Source: Balanoglossus misakiensis (lineage: Eukaryota > Animalia > Hemichordata). Taken from it: a DNA stretch of 64,000 nt. Of this stretch, positions 28,631 through 40,023 are shown in pieces; within the stretch, counting starts at the first letter, position 1, and each line of letters begins with the position of its first letter. The position numbers and the translations under genes were made by a program. The notes under the pieces were generated by a model, which was given only the letters and a program-made list of their open reading frames with translations, was not told where the DNA came from and made no database searches. The DNA is taken from contig CM082588.2 in NCBI GenBank assembly GCA_040954595.2, positions 10,524,844-10,588,843 of the forward strand, written 5' to 3'.

Positions 28631-28784
28631 TGTGATAGTATTGTCATGATCACGTGATTGTCACATGGTCTGTATACGTGATTTCCTGTAACTGTTAGTT
28701 CCCGCGTGGTTGTCATTCAATAAACATCACTTCTGTGGAACTCCGTCGTTGTCGACTGTCAATAACCCCTCCCCGGACATCACA
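28631..28784 (+). repeat. 3' LTR (154 bp)
   Basis: Preceded by purine-rich aaagttgaggaga; identical to the 5' LTR; followed by TSD ATCAT. Confidence 0.96.
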
Positions 28785-29179
28785 ATCATGAGTGTATTCT
28801 GTGTTTTTTTAAGGCTGCACAAAACAAAGAGTGCAAACCACTGCTGAAATGGGTGACCCACATTGTGAACCACTTTTGGTATTGTTGTCAAAAAGCATCA
28901 GATATGGACAAGTTTCTGGTAAGTATTACTTATCATCAGCTAGCCTAGATGTTAAAATGTGTGATACTATAGAGACTTCTTAGGGTAATCTTAAAAATTA
29001 ATATTTGATAATAAATATTGAGACATGTTTTAACATTCAATTGGATTGGTTGCTGCTGTTTTGCTGTGCATTGAACATGTCATAGTTCATGTTATTGCAA
29101 TAGTGATTTATGGGATTGTAAACTTTACTAGGGCAGAGAATAAGTACCCCTGGCCCTTGCTAGGGCAGAGAATTGGTAC

Positions 29180-29820
29180 CCCTGGTTAATACTTGGCAAA
29201 AAGCAATTTTATTTTACATTGCTAATGAAATGGTGACACTGAATCTGATTCTTTGCATCAGGGTAAATGGCGATGCAAGCTTGATGATGCATCCCGGTAG
29301 ATAGTGATGCAAACACTTCACTTTGACATGGGTATTAAATGCATGTGGGGATTAAAAGTTGACTGAAAATCCCTGGGTTAATACAAGTCCAAAAGCACTG
29401 AAATTTGACATAGCTAATACAATGGTGACATTGAATGTGATTCTTTGCATTAGGGGAAATGGCGTAGCAAGCCTAATGATGCATCAGTGTAGATGGTGAT
29501 CCAAGCTCTGCGCTTTGGCATACGTATTTAATGCATGTGCATGGGTATTTAATGTTGAATGTAAATTCCCAGGTTAATATATGCATGGGTATTTAATGTT
29601 GAATGTAAATTCCCAGGTTAATATATGCATGGGTATTTAATGTTGACTGTAAATCCCTAGGTTAATACATGGCCATAAGTACTGTAAGGGGTAGATGGTG
29701 ATGCAAGCTCTGCACTTTGACATGGGGATTAAATGCATGCTGAGGGGGATTTTAAGTTGTCTGTAAATCCCCAGGTTGATATGTGGCCAAAAGCACTGTA
29801 ATTTGACATTGCTAATGATG
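29180..29820. repeat. Short satellite 1 array (~3 monomers) ending in the same SINE-tail junction
   Basis: 192-bp monomer motifs, a local ~43-bp tandem duplication at ~29540-29670, then ctccccaggggagttgaatggaat. Confidence 0.9.
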
Positions 29821-31779
29821 GTGAGCTGTACTCCCCAGGGAGTTGAATGGAATGTTTAGGTCCAACGACCTAGGTCAAATGACCATGGAACAACTTTAAA
29901 GCATGTTGAGATTTAATGTGCTACATAAGTTATAAATATTATATTAATATTATTACATAAACAACACTCTTACCTAGCTAAGGAAGTGGTCAGGTGAAAA
30001 ATATTTGCAGAGCTGACCAATTATTTAAGGAATATTAAAGTTGGGTAATTTGGACGTATTCATACGGGTGTTGGTCAATGGAAAGTCCTTTGTTCATTTT
30101 CAAAATGGCAACCAAAAATGCGAACAAAACACACTGAATTATGTACGGGATATTGGTGTTGCCTAATTTGCGTGTTTCCACATTTACTTAAACTCTCACA
30201 GGGAGACAAATGTCACAGCAAACGGAAAAATGACTATGCTACACACAACACTTTTATTGATCATGGAAAATGTTCATGAGAATTGTGTTATGGTACTTTT
30301 CGGGGCTCACGACCTGTGTTATAGGAAATCTGACAAGGAATCCAAACTGTACCACATACACAACACTTTAATTAAGCATGGGAAATGGTCCTGAGAACAA
30401 TATTCTCAGAGTTGACAAACTGTGTTATCTGCGTTATATTGATGTTGTCTAATTTACACGCCTGTACATTTATTTATACTCTGACTTTGAGCTTAATAAG
30501 GCAGCGCCTGCTAAGGTCAATTTCCCACGTACACTTTTAATTAGCATAGATAATGATCATGATAACTTCATTTTCAGAGCTGACAAACTGTGTTATGTGA
30601 AATTCATGTTGCCTATTTCATGATAATGGCTTGTGGTACACAAGGGTTAACAGCAATCAGCAATTGCTTGTATGATAGGTATAATGATCGATTTACAAAT
30701 TTCAATGGTATAATAATGGGCAACACATGTGGAAGTGTTTAATAAACAGTTAACTGATGTGGTGATGGTTTGTGGTAAAATTGAGGGTACACAGATTATA
30801 ATGGGCAAAACAATGAATATAATAGAGGTTGATGATGGTGAATGGTTTCATATGAATGGTGTAATAAAGGTTAACAAATGTGGTGATAGCTTTGGTGTAC
30901 AGGGCTGTTCATATCTTTAGTAATGACAAAGGTATAATAGTGATAAAAGCTTAAATAAGTGTTAGGGCACAATCTTCATGATGGTTCATTCATTGGTTAA
31001 TGTGTATATTTTATTAATATCATGCTATTGTTTATCAGTTAGATCATAATCAGGGTTTTTCCATGCACATAGTCATCATGAATCAGCGGAATTCTTCTGA
31101 ATAGTACCTGTGATCATTTTTGCGCACCGACGCATTGTACGCGACAGACATGCAGAAAATATTAACATGTAACTCACAGGCATAGTGTTAAATCTAAACG
31201 ACTATATGTTAGATAAGCTTTACCTCCCCACCCCATCAAAATTCCAAATTTAGCTTGATGTGACGTTTTCGGGTAGTACCAATTCGGAAACTTTCATGGT
31301 TCATTCATTGAACCAAATATTGGATTTGACACACTGTGTCTTGGGTGGGTAAAGCATGGTGAAATGTTGGCAGTAAACTTTAACCAGACAGGTCACATGA
31401 AAGGAAGATTTTATCATTTGAGTTCGATGGCATACATGATAAGATATGTCAGTTCTGACACCATTTTTGCAGACGTAGATGCTGATGTATTTTTTCCATT
31501 GGACACAATACTCAAAGTCCAGTCTGTGTTTAAAATGATACCCTGGTCACACACAGTGAGAAATGTCAGCCTTTGACTTAATTATCTAATTTATGCATTG
31601 TTAACAATGCACTGTGACATTTACTGCATGTATTTTTCCCACTGTGGAAACTTACTATGCTTTGAATACATGTTCCCTAATGGGGTGTTAAAGGATACAG
31701 TAGGATCTGTTTCGGTAGCAAATATGACACTGTTTTCAACATATTTGACTGGTGGCAATATGTGGTTTTACGTTGGTAT

Positions 31780-32275
31780 CCATCATGTAACTCAGATCAC
31801 CTATATGAAGCTCCATAGTAAATTTCACAGAAGTCGGCTGATCAATTCCAGAAAAGTAGATTTTTTACCAAAAATGTGGAAAAAGACAAAAAAATGCATA
31901 ACAAGTAGAAAATTCACACTATTAGCTTAAAACATACAGAAATGTGTGAGGCTAATATAAGGTACTATCATACCATTTTTTCAAATCAACATGACCAGGA
32001 CTTGTCGTGTTTCTGAGTTTTGACCAAATTAAGGTTTTCCCAGCTAATTTGTATATATTTTTGGCAATGACAACTTCGTTTGAACAAACTCCCATCTACA
32101 GCCTAGCATGCATCTACACACCAAATATCGAGGTTATTGGCGCAACGGTTTTCAAGTTTTTGATGTGTACGGACATACATCCATCTATCCGTCCATATGT
32201 CCATACATACATACAGACGCAACCAAATCCATAAGGTCCCACTGTATATACCTATACAAATGGGACCAAATAAAA
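31780..32275 (+). mobile_element. Helentron-associated (HINE/DINE-1-like) non-autonomous element remnant
   Basis: Tetranucleotide microsatellite (ggacatacatccatc...catacatacatacagac) followed by hairpin GGTCCCA..TGTATA-tacc-TATACA..TGGGACC (32235-32267) and an A-rich tail. Left boundary uncertain. Confidence 0.55.
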
Positions 32276-33045
32276 CACAAAAAAAATAACACTTAACATC
32301 TTACAGTGCAGGGCCTTGCTAGTTGATGTGGTACAATTCTATCATATCACTTCACAGCTGGTAGCCAAGGGCAGTGTTTGCACAGAGGAGCCTCCTGAAT
32401 GTCTTCGCTCGTTCACACCTCTTCAGTGATAATGTCTGGATTACATTGACATGAAACTGTTTGTTCAGTAGTGTTTCAACTGCCAGCTACCTGGGTTCAT
32501 TTTACACCCAAACACTGAAAATATTGTAGCAGTCAATAATATAACCTACACACTGTGTGAAATTCACCATGTTCTAAAGTAATGTTGATGTCTAATGTGC
32601 ATTGTGACTTACAGGGCATGCACGGCTAAAGCTTGTCGAAAGTTGACAAAGCAAAAGACCAGACCAGTTGCCTGTTTTAAAATGTGCTTCATTCCAAGGA
32701 CCTTGGCGATGAGTCATGAATTGGGGAACGTTCATGAGACCCATTTTTTTTCACCGGACCAGCACATTTAATGATATGACCTTGAAATTGAACTGTTCCC
32801 AGGAGCTACTGAGAGTTGCCTTGTTTCACCCCCAAGTTACTACCTGGGGTTTTTACAATGTCGACAGTAGTTCCAAAAAAAAAACGTTGTACTTTTATGA
32901 ATAATCGATTAGGGTAGATTTATTCATGGTAGTAAAACTTTTTGGCCTGCAGTTGCCAAACAAAGACAATTACAAGTAAGGGACTGGACGTAAACTACCA
33001 GGGGGAGCGCAGGGAAATTGACGAAAGCGATGGCCTCAAATTAAT

Positions 33046-33399
33046 GTCATAGTCCAGTGGTTAGAGCATCAGACCCATAATCAAAGAATCAAGAGTTTGA
33101 TCCCTGGCATGGTTGTGGTGTTGTGTCCTCTGGCAAGGCAATTTACATCTCCTTGCCTCTCCCCGCCTATAAGAAAAGGGTAATTTGGTGGATCGGATAT
33201 TGTAATGTGTATGTATAGGTCTGCTTTGCTGATATAAAAGCTGCACATGTGAGCTGTTGTTTGCTCCCCATGGAGTGGAATGGAATATTTTAGGTCCAAC
33301 GACCTAGGTCAAATTACCATGGGAAACACTTCAAAGCAGCACATTGAGATTTATTGCATAATGTGCTATATAAGTAATAAATATTATATTGATATTATT
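33046..33399 (+). mobile_element. tRNA-derived CORE-like SINE (copy 2, more complete)
   Basis: TAGTCCAGTGGTTAGAGC A-box, AGTTTGATCCC B-box, CORE-like gtgttgtgtcctctggcaaggcaatttac, LINE-like tail. Confidence 0.82.
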
Positions 33400-33473
33400 A
33401 CATAAACAACACTCTTACTTAGCAAAGGAAGTGGTCAGGTGAACTATATTCGCAGAGCTGACCAATTGTTTAA

Positions 33474-33815
33474 AGGGGCAAAGTCTCTCATCGCTGCCTT
33501 TTTTCAATTAATTATGTATGATACAAGACGCCATTGATGTTATTCTACATGTGGATATATGGTGAATCAACATTCGACCACACACAACTTCCGCCTCGTT
33601 TGTACGATATGAGAGTAAAAACTCGCCCAAAATGAATAAATGGTAAAGAACGATTATTCATTTTGGCGAGTTTTTCACTCTCCTGTCTATAAGAGGGATG
33701 GAAGTTGTGTGTGGTTGAACGTTCATTCGCTATATATCCACATGTAGAATAACAAACGGTGTCTCTTATCAAATATAATATGGGAAAAGGGCAGCGAGAG
33801 AGAGACTTTGTCCCT
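33474..33815. mobile_element. Kolobok-type MITE (paralog of 15393-15723); right flank deleted
   Basis: TTAA|AGGGGCAAAGTCTCTC ... GAGAGACTTTGTCCCT; the right TTAA and ~56 further bp present in the first copy are absent. Confidence 0.85.
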
Positions 33816-34348
33816 CACATGGGGATTAAATGCATATGCGTGTGTATTTAAAGTTAACTGTAAATCCCCAGGTTAATACGTGGCCAAAAGCACTGTAATT
33901 TGGCATTTCTAATGATGGTGAGATGTTGTTTGCTCCCCAGGGAGTTGAATGGAATATTTAGGTCCAACATCCTAGCTCAAATGACCATGGGACAACTTAA
34001 AGCACGTTGAGATTTAATGTGCTACATAAGTTATAAATATTATAAAAATATTATTACATAAACAACACTCTTCCTTAGCAAAGGAAGTGGTCAGGTGAAA
34101 TATATTCGCAGAGCTGACCAATTCTTTAAGGAAAATTAAAGTTGGGTAATTTGGATGTATTCATACGAGTGTTGGTCAATGATAGGAAAGTCCTTTGTTC
34201 ATTTTCAAAATGAAAACCAAAAATGCGAACAAAACACACTGAATTACGTATGGGATATTGATGTTGCCTAATTTGCGTGACTCTACATTTACTTAAACTC
34301 TCACAGGGAGACAAATGTCACAGCAAACGGAAAAATGATTATGCTAAG

Positions 34349-36317
34349 CAATACGCCAACCTTTAAAATATTACTTTAGAAAGTTTGTATTCATACTTTC
34401 TTCAAGTTGTCATAACGCTACCCCGAAATGTGTTTAAGTATTGCCTTTGTATTAATGGGCTAGATTCATGGCGTTATATGTCATAAATTAAAAAGCCAAC
34501 CCTTATTGATTTTGATAATATTTATGTCGGAGAATCCACAATGAAAAATATGTATTTCAATTTCATAACTCAAAATGATTTTCAAATCCATGACCTTATT
34601 TTCAACTCCAGTGATCGTACATCCTGAACCTTGTGCCAGTAAATGATTGGCCATTACAGGGTTAATGGGCACTCTCCCGTTCTCTTCCTCCGCAGTTTCA
34701 TTCATGTTCTTGTTTGACGGAAATGGGTGTGACCAGACGCTTGAATGTTTTCATGTGGGTGTCGTTGTTCATCGGGATCGGTCTCCTGGTGTGTCTGTAC
34801 AGGTACGCAAGGAGAAACTGCCCACAAGAAGCTGCGAGTGAAACTATTTAAGGTAGTATGTGCCTCGCGGTCCGAGATTCAGACAAATGATAGTCCTCAA
34901 AACTTTTTCAAGTCTTTGATTTACTAAAGTGTATGGTGAGTCTCTTTGAAAACAACAAAAACATTACTCACCATATTGTTATTTTTTTGAAAGTTTAAAA
35001 TGAAGTTGACAATGTACCAAACAGATTCTATTTATTTCTTCATGACCATGTTCACCCCAAGGTCATATGGACCTGCAAGTATATGCCAGAGCCAGAGTCG
35101 ACATTACCGAAGCCAGAGTTCAAAGCTTGCAGGTCACCCCTTGCCAGCTCATGTCTAGCTAAACTGCCATGGATGCCAAGAGATATAGGACTACAGTAAC
35201 CTGTAGATGGTTTCAGTATGTTTGAAGAAAGTGGTGGCGCACTTTTGGCTACATTTGAAATGGCTATGGTACCAGTGGTTGAATTTGCAAAGGTGACCTT
35301 TGACCTGGTATCATTAAAGATATTAAAGAACGATTGAACATTCCTTGTTGTCGTAAAATGACATCTGTAATAACTTATATTTTATCTGTTCATCTTGAAG
35401 TACTATATATTTAAACGCCAATTTTCCATTGCCAATCAAGTTTTTACAAATAAATTGTAATATGCATGTTGATTTTACAAAAACTCCTTACTTCCAAGTG
35501 AATTCTGTTACACATCACGTAAATATTTTCCCCACGAATTCTTCAGTTGCTGACTCGGAAATTTCATATATTGGGCAGAAATTGGATACATTACCGAGCC
35601 ATTAAAATTACAGTTTTCTATTTTAATTGATCTTCCATAACTTCAAGTACTTTGATTTGACATAAATTAAAAACATCATGGTGAATAAATAAAAAATCTT
35701 TGATTATCTAATTGTGCATGTTTACATGGTTTTATTTTAGTATGCTGGGTACTTAATGTCTAATTGCTCGCTGATTTTATACTGTTCAAGATGACAATCT
35801 AATTTTAGTTTTCAGCTGATAATGGAAATCACTGATTAAAAAAATTGAATTTTGTCATGAATAAACTTGTTGTTCATGGCAGTTGCTGTATTTTGTTTCA
35901 TGTGTATTCAATTTTTGCAAGAATACCATTGAGCACAGTTTGATTTGATTAAACACGTTTATCGGAAAATTTTGTCATTTGAAATATCTGTTTTTGCGCC
36001 CTCTACCATTTGACCAAATGATTCTCTTATTTTGGTGGCCTTTGTCTGTGTATATGAGAATACTATAGTACTCTCGCATCGATGATAGTAGAAGTTGAAA
36101 ACGTCTCTTGCCACGTGGCCTAGAAGAAAGGTGATCTTTAGAGTAAAATAAAACAAACTATCCAGATAGGAAGCTAGAAAAGAAGTTGAATCGTTGAAAT
36201 TTTATTTATTTTTATATTGTTAATATCGTTGGTGATGTTGACTGGCCGACAATCTTTGTCACACCAGTATTTGCAGGTAGATTAAAACATTGCCTATTCC
36301 AGCAATAATCACAACAG
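34349..36317. repeat. ~1.97-kb dispersed direct repeat, copy 1 (copy 2 at 52641-54609)
   Basis: Colinear from caatacgccaacc to aatcacaacag with scattered substitutions; paired short ORFs (34481/52795, 35959/54252). Confidence 0.93.
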
Positions 36318-36531
36318 TCTTACTTTTTCTATCTTTGTAAGCGTTAATCTTTATTGACCTCGCTTGTTGTTTTGTGTTTTTGTGTTGTTTTTGTTTTTGT
36401 TTTGTTTTTTTAGTAGTTTCATAATTTTATTTGTATTTTTAAAATGTTTTCCTGTTTTTTGTTTACTTTTTTATTTTTTTTACTATTTGTTGATTGTAAT
36501 GCTGTATGGGTCTCGACTGTCGGTCCCAACT

Positions 36532-37828
36532 TGTCATATAATTAGGTAGTACTGGAGTCAGTGGAAACCCAGGTGCCCGCATAATTTCAGGTGTAGTGAC
36601 ACCGTGTATTGTCATGTTAATGAATAGGGCTTCGTTAGCTAAGTTTCGTGTAGTAAGAGAGCACACTTCAATTTAGGTCTTGAAGGGAGCAACAAGTCGG
36701 GTCTCCCTGCTCAGTGAGTAGAAATACTAGGGGAAATATTGCACCATACCTTGCTGTGTCCATGTAATGCTGTAGCGCGCATTAGTGCTCTCAGGACCAC
36801 TGTTTCTGCAATTCGAGTGGAAGTAAATTCAGTACTTCTAGAAAGCAGAATTGTGCTTATTCAGTGCAAACCGGTGTGGTCGGGCGATTGGCGTGGCTGG
36901 CATGGTCGTATGTGGTGTGGCTGGAAATTGCTCCAAGCAGAGTTCTGTGGAACCATCCTATAGACCCGGTATTGCTGAGCATGAAGTGTGGTGAAGAATT
37001 CTCGTGTAAGTAATGTATTTGTTTATTTATTTACTATAACTTAAATTTATATTTTATGGATATTTATGTCAAATTCGACAATTTGTAAGTAATAGGACGG
37101 TCATAGTTAAAGCATAATTTTCCATGATATCACATGTAATCATGACGCTTTAACTAGTCCAAATTTCTGATAATTATTATTGAGAAACGTCAGTATTCAT
37201 TTGTGAACAGTTGCTAAGGTGGACATTTCAGTCAATGTTTGTTGATTTTTCATTCAGCCATTTAACCCAAGACTTGCATCTAACAAGTCAGTCTTCAGTG
37301 TGTTTACTTGACTACTGGAGGACTACAAGTGGTAGAAAACATGGTGTATCACAGATTGTATGTGTAATGTGGATCGTCGCTACATCGTTCATCTATACAG
37401 GACTCCATCCCATATTGTGGTTGAATCATGATTGTTTACTATGAATGTTATATACAGCTAAGTGACACTTACCATTGTTTAGACAATATGCAATAGACAA
37501 TAAACTATAGTGATATTGTGAATATATTCATTTATGTAATATATTAAGTAACCCATTGTATTGTATGACCAATTGTATCAGCATACCTGTACCTGCTAAA
37601 TTGGTTAGGACAGAGACATTTGATATTGTGCATATTGTGCACAAAAATTATATTCCTAGTATTATCTTTATATTATTTAATTGATTTAAATTAAATCAAC
37701 TGTATTATTGTATCCGCACTGGTTTGTGTAGTTTCTCCCCATACCTTATCCACGGATGTTTACTCCTTGGCACTGAGAGCTGCTCAATATTTATCCTGGA
37801 ATCAGAGGGGTGCCCTCCACCTCTGACA
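36532..37828 (+). repeat. Inferred 5' LTR (~1.3 kb) of the Gmr1-like element
   Basis: TGTCA...TGACA inverted termini. The left edge is defined by the paralogous sequence gggtctcgactgtcggtcccaact|atagc at ~54920; the PBS follows directly. No second LTR is available to confirm. Confidence 0.72.
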
Positions 37829-37830
37829 TT

Positions 37831-37847
37831 TGGGGGCTCGTCCGGGA
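37831..37847 (+). promoter_or_regulatory. Primer binding site for tRNA-Pro
   Basis: TGGGGGCTCGTCCGGGA 2 nt after ...TGACA. Confidence 0.88.
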
Positions 37848-38166
37848 GTTTTATCGTTTTGTTGTGCATTTGTTTGTATACTATCATAAATTGTTGCCAT
37901 ATAGTGGAGACCATGGTTTTGATAGGTAGAGATTCTGCAAATTGTGAAGACGGTGCTGGGTCTGTAGGCTGGTACTGTTACTGTATGTGCGCTTGTGGTT
38001 TCCTGCTATATAATATGGGCCGTGTTGGTTTGCGTCGTGCGTTTGGCTGTGTTGACTTGTGCTGAATGCCCTGTACTGCTAGGGGTTGTCAAACTGGGGG
38101 TTGTAAATCGCGATACAGCAAAGCATATATGCAGAAAGAATATCTAAGATAGGGAGAAAATTTGGG

Positions 38167-39939
38167 TTGGAAGGGACTGCTTTAAAAGATTATGTTAGAG
38201 AGGAACAAATTAGACAGAGGGATCTTAGGGCTACTGAGAGAGAGGAGCAGAGAGAAGATAATAGGCGGCGCGAGGAACATGAGAGAGAGATACTGAAAAT
38301 GCAAATTCACTTACAAGAATTAAAATTGAAAGGGGAAAATACAGAACAGCAGGTTACTGAAAATAATTTGGCCAAAGCGCGTGCTCCGAGACTACAGGGT
38401 TTTCGTGAGGATGTTGATGATATGGATGCGTACCTTCAACGTTTTCAGCGCTACGCCACTGCTCAGAAGTGGGAAAAAGATGACTGGGGGTGAATCTCAG
38501 TGCATATTGTTACAAGGTAAGGATGTATCCACATACAACCAAATGCCTGCAGCGTCTGCAAATAATTATGATGAATTGAAACCAGAGTTATTGAGGGCTT
38601 ACCAGTTAAGTGAGGAGAGTTTTCATGACAAGTTCCGTTCGTGTATGCCACATTATGATGAAAGTGCTCAAAAGTTTATGGACCGTATTGGTGACTATTT
38701 GGGCAGATGGGTAGAACTGGCTGGTACTCCAAAGACGTACAATGGGCTTACAGATCTGTTACTTCGAGAGCAGTTTATTGGAGTATGTTCCAGAGACATG
38801 GCAATGTTCATTAGAGAGCGACGGCCAGAGAATGTCCAAGAGATGGTATCTACTGCCTCAAAATACTTAGATGCCCGAGGGTGGTGGAAACTGCCAAGTA
38901 ATGCCAAGAATAATCCAAGGAGCCAGCCGACAGCAAATACCAAGCCTTCTGTATATCCAAATCAAGTAAATAAGTTTAATAACAAAACCAATGGTTCCCA
39001 TGTTTTTAAAGGTACGTGCTTCGTATGTGGTAAAGGTGGTCATATGGCCAAAGATTGTAGAAGTAAGCCAAAGATGCATAAGACGGCGGTATTGTTAACT
39101 GAAGAAGATAGAAACTATCCACCTAAACAAGAATGTACACATTGGGGCAACCGTCAACAGCCCAGGGGACTAGACACTGGTTATGCATGTATGGTGGTAG
39201 CAATGGAAATAGATAAAACAGATGCAACACTGAATAAGGAGTTCGTGTTACCATGTGGTCATAAGCTCCCAGTGATGAGTGCTGCTTGTAGTGCCCATGG
39301 AGTGAAGAAGATGCCGGTAATGAAGGGATTGCTCGATGGTAAGCTGGTTAGCGTTTTGCGTGATAGTGGGTGTAGTAGCGTGGTAGTTCGAAGAAGTCTG
39401 GTGTCAAGTAATCAGCTGACTGGTGAGTACAGGACGTGTGTTCTGATAGATGGGACTATTAGAAGAGTACCTGTAGCCTCTATAAAAGTTGATACCCCTT
39501 ACTTTGTTGGTGATGTTACTGCACTGTGCATGATGAACCATGTGTATGATTTAATACTGGGCAACATTGATGGTGTATCTGACCCTTCGAATCCTGATAC
39601 TACATGGCAGGAACCATTGCCGACATGTAGACTGTGTACAACTGTTGGACAGGTACCAGGTTTAGCAAATGCTGTGGAGACCAGAGCCCAGAAGATAGCC
39701 AACCAAAAACCAATCAGAGAACTTAAAGTACCTAAAGCTGTTGGTGAAGTGGTGATGCCAGGGAAGCTTCAACAAGCTCAAGAAGAAGACTCCACTCTTG
39801 ACAAACTACGTGAGAAGGCAATTTTGGGTGACGAGAAATTGACTAGGAATGGAGGTAGGTTGAAGTTCATCATGAAAGATGGGATCCTGTACAGAGAGTT
39901 CAATTCGCCAATGGTCCAATTTGGTGAAAAGCTGTTACA
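38167..39939 (+). pseudogene. Gmr1-like gag (coiled coil, SCAN-like capsid region, CCHC) + protease
   Basis: DDMDAYLQRF; LLLREQFIGVCSRDMAMFIRERRP (SCAN-like); CFVCGKGGHMAKDC; LRDSGCS. Frameshift in the G-run at ~38486-38490. Confidence 0.87.
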
Positions 39940-40023
39940 CACTGCGGGAAATACTAGAGCTATGTTGGGCAGTATTCCGCGAAGCGCGAGCTCCCATGTT
40001 CACCATAGCAACGCATTGCCAAG

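Larger units (their letters stand above)
23784..28784 (+). mobile_element. Full-length Ty3/Gypsy LTR retrotransposon, Mag-like
   Basis: Identical 154-bp TG...CA LTRs; 5-bp TSD ATCAT (23779-23783, 28785-28789); PBS, purine-rich tract and gag-PR-RT-RH-IN order. Confidence 0.97.
17776..28918 (+). pseudogene. Multi-exon Kolobok-type DDE transposase, C-terminus missing
   Basis: GT-AG exons 17776-17990, 18599-18709, 18966-19091, 19436-19549, 20423-20476, 20753-20851, 21090-21386, 21671-21953, 22242-22478, 23449-23525, 28814-28918 join in phase, except for one frameshift in the T-run at ~21262-21269. Motifs CSAGH..WCSQP, GDGRMDSPGFCAQYCTY, VVTDAH, HSHDIWHAAKN, IVNHFWYCC. Confidence 0.82.
17484..29180 (+). 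mobile_element. Kolobok-type autonomous DNA transposon, 3'-truncated
   Basis: Starts TTAA|AGGGACAAAGTCTCTCT; empty site gcctttgacTTAAttatc at ~31569-31586. Contains a spliced DDE transposase. No right TIR: the sequence runs into satellite 1 at ~29180. Confidence 0.8.
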
